The notes: generated by a model from the letters alone, not told the origin. 64,000 nt of DNA from Nannocystis bainbridge (GCF_028368995.1 NZ_JAQNDL010000002.1:992001-1056000); one strand, 5' to 3'. Shown: positions 20,876 through 30,122, counted from the first letter of the stretch. Translations and numbers: made by a program.

Positions 20876-23292
20876 TGGGCGCGCTGGCGGCGACGCTGCT
20901 CCCGGCGGCGGTCGGGCTCGCGCTCGTCGGCCTGGTCGGGCCGCTGGAGCGCCGCTGGGGCGCCGCGGCCGCCAGCGCGACGGCGGCCCGCGCGGCCCTG
21001 GTGGCGGCGGTGCTGGCCTGCCTGGTGCTGTGGCAGGCGATCCAGCGCGACCAGCTCGAGCACCGCCTGGCGTGGATCCGCGTCGGCCGCACGACCACGA
21101 TCGACTGGATCGTCCAGCTCGACGGGCTCGGGCTGGCGCTGGCGCTCGTGAGCCTGGCGGCGCTGGGGCTCGGGGTGGTGGCGATCCTGGCCTTCGGGAC
21201 AGCCGGCGGCGGACGCCCTGGCGCCCGCGTGGTCGTGGCCGCCGGCGGGGCCCTGGTGCTGGCGAGCGGCGGGACGCTGGTCCAGCTGGGGCTCGGGGTC
21301 GGGCTGTGCGTGCTGGCTCTTCGAGCATGGCCGATGGACCATGTCTCTTCAGACATGACTGTACGAGCATGGCCTGTGGACCATGTCTCCACGGACATGA
21401 CCGAGAGGGCATGGCCGTTGGGTCTGGTGGGCGCGGGCCTGTCGCTGGCGATCCTGGCCTGGCTGGCGGCCGCGGGCGACTTCGACCTGATGCGGCTCGA
21501 GCGGTCGACGCTGGCGCAAGACGGGTCGCAGCTGGTGCGCGGCGAGATCGGCGGGCCGCTGTTCGGCTGGCCGCCGGGCGTGGTAGCGACCGTCAGCGTC
21601 GGCGCGGCGGCGCTGGCGTGGATCGGGGCGTGGCCGCGGCTGGTGGCGCGAGCCTGGGCCGAGGGGCCCGGGCCGGCGCTGGTGGCCACGTGCGCGGCCG
21701 GGCCGGCGCTGACCGTGGTGCTGCTGCGCACGCAGGTGGCGCTGGCGATGGCCCCGACCGCGCTGGCGCTGGTCACGGTGGCGGCGGCGGGCACGGCGGC
21801 GTGGGCGGGGCTGCAGGCGGCCCGGGCCGGCACGAGCGCGCGGGCGGTGGCGAGCGGGACGGCGGCGACGCTGGCGATCGCGACGGCGACCATCGCCATC
21901 GGCGAGCCGATCGCGGCGACCCAGCTGCTGCTGGCGGGCAGCCTGGCGTGGGCGGCGATGATCGCGGGGCTGCAGGCGCCGCGGCGGCTGCGGGCCGGCG
22001 TCGCCGGGCTGGCGGGGCTGGGCCTGATCGCGGGGCTGGGACCGGCCGTGGCGGGGCTGTGGAACGACCTCAGCGCGTGGTCGAGCGGGATCAACGTCGT
22101 CGCGCCGGCGCTGGCGCTGGTCACGGTGACGGCGACGGCCTGCGCGATCGGACATGTCCTCACGGACAGGACCGATGCGCCAGGTTGGCGGCAGCCCGAG
22201 GCGCCGCCGCTGCTGTCCGGGGTAGCCATGCTCCTGGCGCTGGGCGCGGTGGCGGCGGGGCTGTGGCCGCTGGCGCCGCGGATCTGGCAGCAGTTCGTGG
22301 CCGGCCGCATGTTCGAGGGGGCCTACGCCCTGGGGCCGCGACCGGACGCGTGGTTCGTCGGGCCGTGGCTGGGGATGGGGCTGGTGGCGGTCGCGGTGGC
22401 GATCGGGCTGGGGCTGGCGCCGCGGATCCGCCCGGCCCCGGCGCGCACGCGCAGGCGATCCGCGGGCGCCGCGGGTCCGACGATCCCGCGGCTGCTGCGG
22501 CTCGGCGAGCGGCTGGTGGCGCGCCTGACCTTGTGGCCAGGTGACGAGCGGGTGACGGTCGCGCCCGGCCGCTTCGATGTGCGCGGGCCGCTGCTGCTGA
22601 CGAGCGCCGGGGTGCTGGCGATCCTCGGCTCGGTGTTCTGCAACCCGGACGTGGTGGTGCTGGGCCCGACGCGTGTGCACCCGGTCGACCTGGGGGGCCT
22701 CGACGCGGCGATGGCGGGGGCCCGCCGCGGGACCGGGGCGGCGACGCCGAGCCCCGCCGGGCCGGCCGGGGCGCCAGCAGGACAGGGCGAGGACATCGGC
22801 CCGGCGCCGCTCGGCGGCGTCGATCGGGCTGGCGGCGCGGACATGCTCGAAGGGGTAGGCGCTGCGCAGCGAGGCGAGACGGCTGGTGGATCGAACATGC
22901 CCGAAGGGGCAGGTTCGCAGGCGTCGTCGGGCGCGCACGGAGCTGGTGGATCGGACATGTTCGAAGGAGCAGGTTCACCGGCGCCGACAGGTGCGCGTGG
23001 AGCTGGTGGATCGGACATGCTCGAAGGGGCAGGTTCACCGACGCCGACGGGTGCGCGCGGAGCTGACGGACCGGTCATGCTCGAAGGGGCAGGCGCTCGG
23101 ACGCCGACGAGCGCGCCTGGAGCCGCCGGCGCGGGCGCGCCCGACGGGCCCGGCTCGCAGGCGCGTGGAGCTGGTGGATCGGACATGCCCGAAGGGGCAG
23201 GTTCGATGCGACATGGCGCGATGGACATGTCCGAAGGGTCAGCGAGCCCGCGCCCCGGGGATACCGGCGCGGCGGCGGGAGGGCGCCCATGA
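20875..23292 (+). CDS. Divergent NuoL/ND5-like antiporter-fold subunit with repeat-derived insertion and tail
   Basis: WIRVG...IVQLDGL, GVGLC, AWAEGPGP and LLRT resemble NuoL landmarks; coupled to both neighbours; Gly/Ala/Pro repeat tail. Confidence 0.75.
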   Translation: MGALAATLLPAAVGLALVGLVGPLERRWGAAAASATAARAALVAAVLACLVLWQAIQRDQLEHRLAWIRVGRTTTIDWIVQLDGLGLALALVSLAALGLGVVAILAFGTAGGGRPGARVVVAAGGALVLASGGTLVQLGLGVGLCVLALRAWPMDHVSSDMTVRAWPVDHVSTDMTERAWPLGLVGAGLSLAILAWLAAAGDFDLMRLERSTLAQDGSQLVRGEIGGPLFGWPPGVVATVSVGAAALAWIGAWPRLVARAWAEGPGPALVATCAAGPALTVVLLRTQVALAMAPTALALVTVAAAGTAAWAGLQAARAGTSARAVASGTAATLAIATATIAIGEPIAATQLLLAGSLAWAAMIAGLQAPRRLRAGVAGLAGLGLIAGLGPAVAGLWNDLSAWSSGINVVAPALALVTVTATACAIGHVLTDRTDAPGWRQPEAPPLLSGVAMLLALGAVAAGLWPLAPRIWQQFVAGRMFEGAYALGPRPDAWFVGPWLGMGLVAVAVAIGLGLAPRIRPAPARTRRRSAGAAGPTIPRLLRLGERLVARLTLWPGDERVTVAPGRFDVRGPLLLTSAGVLAILGSVFCNPDVVVLGPTRVHPVDLGGLDAAMAGARRGTGAATPSPAGPAGAPAGQGEDIGPAPLGGVDRAGGADMLEGVGAAQRGETAGGSNMPEGAGSQASSGAHGAGGSDMFEGAGSPAPTGARGAGGSDMLEGAGSPTPTGARGADGPVMLEGAGARTPTSAPGAAGAGAPDGPGSQARGAGGSDMPEGAGSMRHGAMDMSEGSASPRPGDTGAAAGGRP
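21326..21413. repeat. Phased 14-bp array inserted in frame in the NuoL-like gene
   Basis: CATG at 21326, 21340, 21354, 21368, 21382, 21396 and 21410; gives the 14-aa repeat RAWPMDHVSSDMTV/RAWPVDHVSTDMTE. Confidence 0.9.
22827..23240. repeat. ~60-bp tandem repeat (6-7 copies), most copies carrying one 14-bp palindrome-like unit
   Basis: GGAGCTGGTGGATCGGACATGYYCGAAGGRGCAGGTTC... is repeated; encodes (GAGGSDMLEGAGSPTPTGAR)n. Confidence 0.85.
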
Positions 23293-24830
23293 GCGTGCTG
23301 GCCGACCTGCGGCTCCTGGCGGCGCTGCCGTGGCTGGCGGCCCTGGCGGTGCTGCTGCTGCCGCGGCGGGCGGCGCGGGCCTGCGCGCTGACGGCGACGG
23401 GGCTCGGGGTGCTCGCGGCGCTGGCCTGCTCGGCGGGCGCGCCGGCGATCGAGGTGGAGTGGCTCGGCCGCGGGGTCGCGCTGCGGCTGACGTCGGGCCC
23501 GCTGGCGGCGTTCGGGCTGGTGGCGACGGCGGTCGCGGGGCTGCTGGCGGTGCTGGAAGAGGAGACGCGCGGCCGCGGTCGACTGGCCGGGCTGCTGGCG
23601 CTGCTCGGGACGGTGCTGGTCGGGCTCCTGGCCGGTGACGTGCTGGTGCTGGCGGCCGCGTGGGCGCTGGCGCCGGCGCTGGTGCTGGGGCTGCTGGCCG
23701 CGCGCGCGAGCGAGGCGGAGGGCCGGATCGCCGGGCGAGCGCTGGCGCTGCTGCTGTCCCTCGGGGCAGGTGCGGTGCTGCTGGTCGGGGCCGGGCTGGC
23801 GGTGGCGCACCGCGGGGCCAGCAGCGGCACATGGAGCGCGGCGCTGACCGGGCTGGCGAGCGTGCGCGTGCCCGAGGCGGCGGCGACGGGGCTGGCGGGG
23901 GCGCTGGCGCTGGCGTGCGCGCTGGCGATCGGGCTGTGGCCGCTGCACGCGGGGCTGGTCGAAGGGACAGCCGTGGGCTCGCGCGGGACGACCCGGCTGC
24001 TGGCCGGGCCGGTGCGCTGGCTCGGGCTCGACGCGCTGATCCGGCTGTGGGCGCCGCTGGTGCCGCTGGGCGCGGCCGCGACGGCGCCGTGGCTGGCCGG
24101 GCTGGCCACGCTGGGGGCGATCTACGCCGGACTTTCGGCGCGCGTCGAGCTCGACCCGGAGCGGCGCGCGGCCCGGATCGCGCTGGTCGGCTGGAGCGTG
24201 GCGACCGTCGGGGTGGCCACGCTGACGCACGAAGGGCTGAGCGGGGCGCTGCTGCTCGCGGTCGTGGCCGGGCTCGGGCAGCCGGGGCTGGCGCGGGCCG
24301 AACCGATCGCGCGGGTGGTGCTCGGCCTCGCCGGCGGGCTGGCGGGCGGGCTGGTGATCGTCGCGGCGCTGCGCCCGGCCGCGCTGACGCTCGGGGCGCT
24401 CGGGCCGTGGTGCGCCTGCGGGGCCGCGCTGGCGCTGGGGCTGGCGGGTTCGGCGATGGCCCGCGGGACAGGTATCAAGGGGCATGTCGCCAGGGACATG
24501 GTGAAAGCGACAGGTCCTTCAGGGCATGTCGCGCAGGACATGGCGGATACGACAGGTCGCGCGGGACATGTCCCCGGGCGCTGGTCGACGGCGGCGCTGG
24601 TGACGGTGGTGGCGGTGGCGATCGCCCGACCGAGCCTGGTGCTCGGGCGCCTCGACGAGGCCGGCGAGGCGTGGGTCCGCGCGAGCGCGCTGCAGCGCTG
24701 CCTGGCGCTGGTCGACCCACGCATCGTGGCGGTGCTGCTGCCGCCGGTGGCGCCGACCCGCTGCGAGTCGCCGCTCGCAGGGCTGCGCGCGGGCAAGGCG
24801 ATCGCGGCGGAGGCGGAGGGCCAGCGATGA
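23289..24830 (+). CDS. Divergent NuoM/ND4-like subunit
   Basis: LAIGLWPLH, LLAGP, LIRLWAPLVP, LGAIYAG and EGLSGALL align by eye with NuoM helices; ATGA coupling. Confidence 0.75.
   Translation: MSVLADLRLLAALPWLAALAVLLLPRRAARACALTATGLGVLAALACSAGAPAIEVEWLGRGVALRLTSGPLAAFGLVATAVAGLLAVLEEETRGRGRLAGLLALLGTVLVGLLAGDVLVLAAAWALAPALVLGLLAARASEAEGRIAGRALALLLSLGAGAVLLVGAGLAVAHRGASSGTWSAALTGLASVRVPEAAATGLAGALALACALAIGLWPLHAGLVEGTAVGSRGTTRLLAGPVRWLGLDALIRLWAPLVPLGAAATAPWLAGLATLGAIYAGLSARVELDPERRAARIALVGWSVATVGVATLTHEGLSGALLLAVVAGLGQPGLARAEPIARVVLGLAGGLAGGLVIVAALRPAALTLGALGPWCACGAALALGLAGSAMARGTGIKGHVARDMVKATGPSGHVAQDMADTTGRAGHVPGRWSTAALVTVVAVAIARPSLVLGRLDEAGEAWVRASALQRCLALVDPRIVAVLLPPVAPTRCESPLAGLRAGKAIAAEAEGQR
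24469..24570. repeat. Phased 14-bp array inserted in frame in the NuoM-like gene
   Basis: Cores at 24469, 24483, 24497, 24511, 24525, 24539, 24553 and 24567; encodes TGIKGHVARDMVKATGPSGHVAQDMADTTGRAGHVP. Confidence 0.9.
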
Positions 24831-25021
24831 CGGCGACTCGCTCACGGTTCGCAAGGTTGGCGAGCGCGGTGGTTTCGCTTCACGGCGAGCCGCGGCGCGC
24901 GGAGCGGACGAGTAACGGAGGGCCAGCGATGGCGGCGAGTCGCCCACGGTTCGCAGGGCTGGTGAGCGCGGTGGCTTGCATTCGCTGCGAGACGTCGCGC
25001 GTCGCGGAGGGCTGGCGATGA
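24827..25021 (+). CDS. Possible 64-aa spacer ORF produced by duplication of the RBS/start region
   Basis: ATG overlaps the NuoM-like stop and its TGA overlaps the NuoN-like ATG; made of two ~100-bp imperfect copies. Confidence 0.35.
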   Translation: MTATRSRFARLASAVVSLHGEPRRAERTSNGGPAMAASRPRFAGLVSAVACIRCETSRVAEGWR

Positions 25022-26739
25022 TCGAGGCGGTGGTGCCGTTCGGATCGGCGGCGATCGTGGGGCTGTGGGGCGTGCTCAGCTTGCTGGCGGCGCGGGCGGG
25101 GCAGCCGGCGGGGCTCGGGCGGCTGGCGCTCGGGCGGGCGGTGCCGGCGGGCGGATTGGTGCTCGCGCTGGTGACGGCGCTGGCGGGCCTGACGGCGCCC
25201 GATCTGGTCGGCGAGCTGCAGGCGCGCGGGGCCGTCGTCGTCGATCGCCTGGCGGCGCTGTTCGACGCGTTGCTGGTGACGGTGCTGCTGGCGGCGGTGA
25301 TCGCCGATCCACGGCCGGGCTCCGAGCCGCGCGCGGTGTGGGGGCGCGGGATGCTGCTGCTCACCGGCGCGGGGGCGATGCTGGCGGTGCGCGCGGCCGA
25401 CTGGGCCAGCCTGGTCGTCGGGCTCGAGCTGGCGACGCTGGCGGCCGGGCTGTGCCTGGCGGCCGGTCGTGAGGGTGAGGGCGAGGGCGCGACCGAGGCG
25501 GGGCGCGAGTCGGCGCGGACCTGGCTCTTGGGACAGGGTCTGGGCGCGGCGTCGCTGTGGCTCGGGGCCGGTCTGTTGATCGCGGCGACCGGGACGGTGC
25601 GGCTGCACGAGCTCGGGGCGCGGGTCGGCGCGGCGTTCTTGCGCTGGGGCGCCAGCACCACCCAGGCGGCGGTCGACGTGCTTCAGGCGAAGGAGGCGAT
25701 GCCGGCCGGGCTGATCGCGCACGCCCGCGACGCGGCGGTCGAGGGCATGGCCCCGGCTGCCCTGTATGTGCCGGGCGCGCTGCTGGTGCTGGCGGGGCTG
25801 CTGGTGCGCGCGGGGGTGTTCCCGCTGCTGGCCGGGCGCACGCGGGTGGCCGGGCGCGCGGGGCTGTGCGGCTGGGTCGCGACGGAGCTGGTCGTGAGGA
25901 CAGCCGCGGTGGCGGCGCTGATCCGCGTGTTCGTGGCGGCGCTGCATACCCCGCGGGTGGTCTACGCGCCGTACGGTTGGGGCACGGCGGCGGCGGTGGT
26001 CGGCGGGGTCGCGGTGGTGGTGTGCGGGCTGCGGGCGGTGCGGGCCGCCGATCTGCGGCGCCTGCTGGCGTGGGCCGGCGCGGCGCAGGTCGGGATGACG
26101 CTGCTGGCGATCGCGGCGGCGGCCAACTTCGTCGCCCACGCGGGGCTGCGCGCCGGCGGGCTCGAGGTCGCCGATCATTACGTGTGGGGCCACACCGCGG
26201 CCGAGGCCGCGGTGGCGGCGGCGGTGTTCGGCCACGCGGTGTTCGCCCTGGCGGCGATGACGGCGATGGCCGCGGCGGCGGCGGTCGAGGCCAACCGCGG
26301 GCTGGTCGACCTGACCGGCGCGGTCCGGCGCAGCCCGGTGCTGGCCGGGGCGCTGGTGGTCGCCGCGCTGACGCTGGCCGGGGCGCCGCCGACGGCCGGG
26401 CTGGCCGGGCGCTGGTGGTGGTTCACGGCTGTGCTCGAGGACAGCAACGTGTTGGTCCGGGTGATGGCAGCCGCGGCGGCGGTCGGCAGCGCGCTGGTCG
26501 GCTGGGCCTGCCTGCGGCCGCTGCTGGCGGCGCTGACCCCTGCGCCGGGCGGGACGGGGTCGACGGCGCGGCCGCGGCGCGGGGCGCTGGTAGTGGCGGC
26601 TGTGCTTTCGGGCATGCTCGTGGGGGCAGGTCTCTGGGCACATGTCGCATGGGACATGGTCCAAGAGGCATCCGCGGGGATCGCGTTCCAGGCCGGCAGC
26701 AAGGGCCGCCGCGAGTGGCTCGGCCGCGCGACGGAGTGA
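25018..26739 (+). CDS. Divergent NuoN/ND2-like subunit
   Basis: VVGLELATL, ESARTW, AATGT, LLVRAGVFP, DLRRLLAW and LAGAPPTAGLAGRW follow the NuoN motif order; GGAGG RBS. Confidence 0.8.
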   Translation: MIEAVVPFGSAAIVGLWGVLSLLAARAGQPAGLGRLALGRAVPAGGLVLALVTALAGLTAPDLVGELQARGAVVVDRLAALFDALLVTVLLAAVIADPRPGSEPRAVWGRGMLLLTGAGAMLAVRAADWASLVVGLELATLAAGLCLAAGREGEGEGATEAGRESARTWLLGQGLGAASLWLGAGLLIAATGTVRLHELGARVGAAFLRWGASTTQAAVDVLQAKEAMPAGLIAHARDAAVEGMAPAALYVPGALLVLAGLLVRAGVFPLLAGRTRVAGRAGLCGWVATELVVRTAAVAALIRVFVAALHTPRVVYAPYGWGTAAAVVGGVAVVVCGLRAVRAADLRRLLAWAGAAQVGMTLLAIAAAANFVAHAGLRAGGLEVADHYVWGHTAAEAAVAAAVFGHAVFALAAMTAMAAAAAVEANRGLVDLTGAVRRSPVLAGALVVAALTLAGAPPTAGLAGRWWWFTAVLEDSNVLVRVMAAAAAVGSALVGWACLRPLLAALTPAPGGTGSTARPRRGALVVAAVLSGMLVGAGLWAHVAWDMVQEASAGIAFQAGSKGRREWLGRATE

Positions 26740-26821
26740 CGGCCCGAGATCCAGAGGGTCATGACCGGAGGCGGTCATGACCCTTTGAACATGTCTCGAT
26801 GAGCATGTTCAAAGGGGCATG
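26613..26821. repeat. Two phased 14-bp arrays (3' end of the NuoN-like gene and the convergent intergenic region)
   Basis: Cores at 26613, 26627, 26641, 26655, 26669; and 26776, 26790, 26804, 26818. Confidence 0.8.
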
Positions 26822-26887
26822 TCGTACGCGCGAAGAGGCCCGCGGGCGCAGGGCGCCGGCGGGCCTCTCGCGGGGCGCGGGTGAGGA

Positions 26888-27811
26888 TCAGCCGCAGACG
26901 CTGCCCATCGCGCCGCCCTGGCTGATCGAGCCGGCCATGCAGGCGCCGTTCATGCAGTCGGCGTCGGTCTTGCACTCGCCGCACACGCCGAGCTTCAAGA
27001 ATCCCATCACGTCGACCTCGCCGCACTGGCCGGAGGCGCAGGCGGCGTCGGCGTCGTCCTCGCCGAGCGGGCAGAGGGCGCCGTTCTCGACGCTGCCGGG
27101 CTCGACGCACTTCTTGGCGCCGCTGAACGCCGCGATGTCGAGCTCGGGGCTGCAGATCTTGCCCATGTCGCAGTCGGCCGATTCGCTGCACTCGCCGCAG
27201 GTGTCGGGGATGATGCCGGGGATCGGGAGGTCGACCGCGGGGCCGCAGATCAGGCCGTCCTGGCAGGCGTCCTGCGACATGCACTGGTTGCCGTAGCCGC
27301 CGGCGGCGCAGGTGGCCCCGCTGGGCCCGAGCGAGCAGGAGATGCCGGTGCCGGCGCGCAAGCAGTCGGCGTCCTCGTTGCACTCCGAGCAGATGCCGCC
27401 GTCGGGGAACAGCGGGCTCGTGTAGCAGTTCATCGACTCGCAGTCGCTGTTGCCCGCGCACATCTGCCCGTTCGGCAGCGGCCCGCTCGGGCCGGTGGTG
27501 CCCTGGGTGGCCTCGGTGGTGATGAAGCCGGCCGACATGTTGGTGGTGGTCGGCGTGTCGTCGGTGGTGGTGTCGTCGAGAGTGGTCGAGCTGCCAGTGG
27601 TGGTCGTGCTGGTGGTCGGCGTGTCGGGGCCGGTCGAGGTGCTGGCGGTGCTGTCACCGGAGGTCGTGGTTTCGGTGGCGCTCTCGCCGGCCGGATCGTC
27701 GCCGCGACAGGCGGTGAGGGCGAGGGCGGCAGCGAGGGCGAGGGCGGCAGTCTTGGCGAAGTTATGCGCGAGGGTCACGGTGAAGCTCCGGGATCGGTCC
27801 GCGCGCATCAT
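26888..27811 (-). CDS. Lipoprotein with a Thr-rich stalk and multiple Cys-rich repeats
   Basis: Lipobox LTAC; T/S/D linker; repeated C-x3/4-DC and CGEC motifs. Confidence 0.85.
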   Translation of the reverse strand: MMRADRSRSFTVTLAHNFAKTAALALAAALALTACRGDDPAGESATETTTSGDSTASTSTGPDTPTTSTTTTGSSTTLDDTTTDDTPTTTNMSAGFITTEATQGTTGPSGPLPNGQMCAGNSDCESMNCYTSPLFPDGGICSECNEDADCLRAGTGISCSLGPSGATCAAGGYGNQCMSQDACQDGLICGPAVDLPIPGIIPDTCGECSESADCDMGKICSPELDIAAFSGAKKCVEPGSVENGALCPLGEDDADAACASGQCGEVDVMGFLKLGVCGECKTDADCMNGACMAGSISQGGAMGSVCG

Positions 27812-28719
27812 CCATCGCCGCGTCGCGGATTGTCCAGACGCCGGCGCAGTGCGAGATCCATGGCTGCGAACCGCTGCGCGACGCGAAACTCGCCGCGTGA
27901 GTGCGCGGGCTCCGAGACCTCGACGTCGCGCGCGGGCGGCAGCGTGGCGGTGATCGAACTCACCGGGTCGGCTCCGTACAGGAGCAGCGGCATGCCCGTG
28001 GGCGTGCACGCGAGCAGAGCCGCGACCGCAGCCGCAGGATCGACGTCACGCGCGACGAGCATGCGCTGGACCAGCAGCGCTCGTCCTTCGCGCGAGACGT
28101 GGGCCCAGGCGCCGGGCAGCGGCTCCAGCGTGGCCGCGAGCGCCGGCGGCGTGCGTGCCCACGCGCCCGCACGCCAGGCGCAGACCTCGAGTGGTTCGCT
28201 GTTCGTGGGGGCCGGGGACCACGGGAGCTTGCTGCGGTCGGCGAGCTCACGGTCCCAAAGGACATGCGAGATCGGGCATGTCCCATGGGCCAGGAGGGTG
28301 ACGCGGCGAGCGCTGACGACGAGGCCGAGGCGGGCGTAGAAGGCCTCGCTCGCGGGCTCGGCGAGCACGCGCAAGGTCGAGAAGTCGCGGGCGGCGAGGC
28401 GCGCCGCGACCTCCTCGACGAGCGCGCGACCGAGGCCGCCGCCGCGACGCGCCGCGATCACGCCGAGGCCGGCGGAGTGGGCGACCGGGTCGCCGGGCTC
28501 CTGGCCGATGAGGAAGTAACCAAGGAGCATGTCCTGAGGGACATGTCCTGAAGCACCCGCGGCGACGGCGAGCACGGAGAGCTCGGGGTCGACGGCCTCG
28601 CGCTGCAGCTTGCGCGCGAACCACCCGGGCGCCCGCTCGCCACGGCCGAAGATGTCCTCGGCGAGGCGCGTGAGCGCGTCGGTGGCGACGCCGCGCAGGC
28701 TGCGGAGCTCGAAGTCCAT
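27808..28719 (-). CDS. GNAT-family N-acetyltransferase
   Basis: LGVIAARRGGGLGRAL (motif A) and AFYARLGL (motif B); its stop overlaps the downstream start. Confidence 0.8.
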   Translation of the reverse strand: MDFELRSLRGVATDALTRLAEDIFGRGERAPGWFARKLQREAVDPELSVLAVAAGASGHVPQDMLLGYFLIGQEPGDPVAHSAGLGVIAARRGGGLGRALVEEVAARLAARDFSTLRVLAEPASEAFYARLGLVVSARRVTLLAHGTCPISHVLWDRELADRSKLPWSPAPTNSEPLEVCAWRAGAWARTPPALAATLEPLPGAWAHVSREGRALLVQRMLVARDVDPAAAVAALLACTPTGMPLLLYGADPVSSITATLPPARDVEVSEPAHSRGEFRVAQRFAAMDLALRRRLDNPRRGDG

Positions 28720-28920
28720 GGAGGCGTAGCGAGTCTGGCAGAGGGCGGCGAGGACGGCGAGGCGGTCGGGCGCGGCACCCGTCACTCGCCCTGCGGAGCC
28801 GTGGACTGCCGCTCGACGCAGGCGGTCGAGAGGGGCCGGGCTTCGAGCCGAGCTCGGCGGGCCGCGAACAGCATCCGGGGATGCTGCGCCGCGCGAGGAG
28901 CACGCCTCGAAGCGTGGCCT

Positions 28921-29042
28921 CCGCGGCGAGAGCGTCGCTTCGCGGCGAGAGCGTCGCTCCGAGGGCATCACGCAGCGCCTCGCGAGAATCACTCCCCGAA
29001 GCGTCGCCACCGCGGCGAGAGCGTCGCCGCGAAATCACTCCT
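28921..29042. repeat. Short intergenic imperfect repeats
   Basis: CGCGGCGAGAGCGTCGC occurs three times (28922, 28941, 29011) and AATCACTCC twice. Confidence 0.6.
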
Positions 29043-29105
29043 CGGTTGGCCGGCGCAGGCGGCCCAGCGTTGCCTCACCGCCGCGCCTTCGCTGCGCTCG
29101 CGGGC

Positions 29106-30122
29106 TCAGGCGAGGCCGACAGCGCGGCGGCAGCGGTCGATCGTCGCGCGGGCGATCGGGCGGGCGCGGGCGGCCGAGGCCTGGAGGACGGCTTCGACCT
29201 CCTCGGGGTGCTGCAGCAGGTGCTCGCGGCGGGCCCTGGCGGGGGCGAAGTGGGCGTCGATCTTGTCGGCCAGCAGCATCTTCGCGTGGCCGTAGCCGAA
29301 CGGCTGACCGTCGCGCGCGCCGGCGCGGTACCAGTCGGCGATCTGGGCCAGCTCGGCCTCGCCCGCGAGCAGCTTGAGCAGCGCGAACACGTTGCAGGTG
29401 TCGGGGTTGAGCGGCTGGCCGAGCGGCGTCGAGTCGGTGACGATCTGGCCGACCAGCTTGCGCAGCTTCTTGCCCGACTCGAACAGCGGCAGGGTGTTGC
29501 CGTAGCTCTTGGACATCTTGCGGCCGTCGTTGCCGGGCACGATCGGCGCGGTGCCGAGCAGCGCCTCGGGCCGGACGAGCAGCGGCGGGCCGCCGGCGGC
29601 GTAGGCCTCGTTGAGGTAGGTCGCCATGTCCTGGGCGAACTCGACGTGCTGCAGCTGATCCTTGCCGACCGGCACCAGGGTGCCGTCGTAGATCAGGATG
29701 TCGGCGGCCATCAGCAGCGGGTAGTTGAAGAGGCCGGCGTTGGGCTTGATGCCCTGGGCGAGCTTGTCCTTGTAGCTGGTGGCCCGCTCCATCAGGCCCA
29801 GGCCGGTGACGCAGGCGAGCAGCCAGGCGAGCTCGTGGACCTCGGGGATGTCGCTCTGGCGGAACAGCACCGCCTTGGCTGGATCGAGGCCGAGCGCCAG
29901 GTAGGTGACCGCCGCGTCGAACACGTTCTGCCGCAGCGCCGCCGGGTCGCGCAGGGTCGTCAGCGCGTGGTAGTCGGCGATGAAGTAATAGGCCGCGCCC
30001 GGGTAGCGGTCCTGCAGCGCGATGTGCTGGGCGATCGCGCCGAAGTAGTTGCCGAGGTGGAGCACGCCCGAGGGCTGGATGCCCGAGAGCACGCGCGGGG
30101 CAGGGGATGGCGCTTGGGACAT
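29106..30122 (-). CDS. trpS: Tryptophan--tRNA ligase
   Basis: SGIQPSG, HLGN (HIGH), ADYHA, YPLLMAADI, VPVGKDQ, KMSKS. Confidence 0.97.
   Translation of the reverse strand: MSQAPSPAPRVLSGIQPSGVLHLGNYFGAIAQHIALQDRYPGAAYYFIADYHALTTLRDPAALRQNVFDAAVTYLALGLDPAKAVLFRQSDIPEVHELAWLLACVTGLGLMERATSYKDKLAQGIKPNAGLFNYPLLMAADILIYDGTLVPVGKDQLQHVEFAQDMATYLNEAYAAGGPPLLVRPEALLGTAPIVPGNDGRKMSKSYGNTLPLFESGKKLRKLVGQIVTDSTPLGQPLNPDTCNVFALLKLLAGEAELAQIADWYRAGARDGQPFGYGHAKMLLADKIDAHFAPARARREHLLQHPEEVEAVLQASAARARPIARATIDRCRRAVGLA

Noticed and set aside
20112-26739. Calling the operon a canonical Mrp antiporter or functional complex I
   Set aside because: There are no MrpE/F/G or peripheral Nuo subunits, and key charged residues appear to be missing, so gene symbols were withheld.
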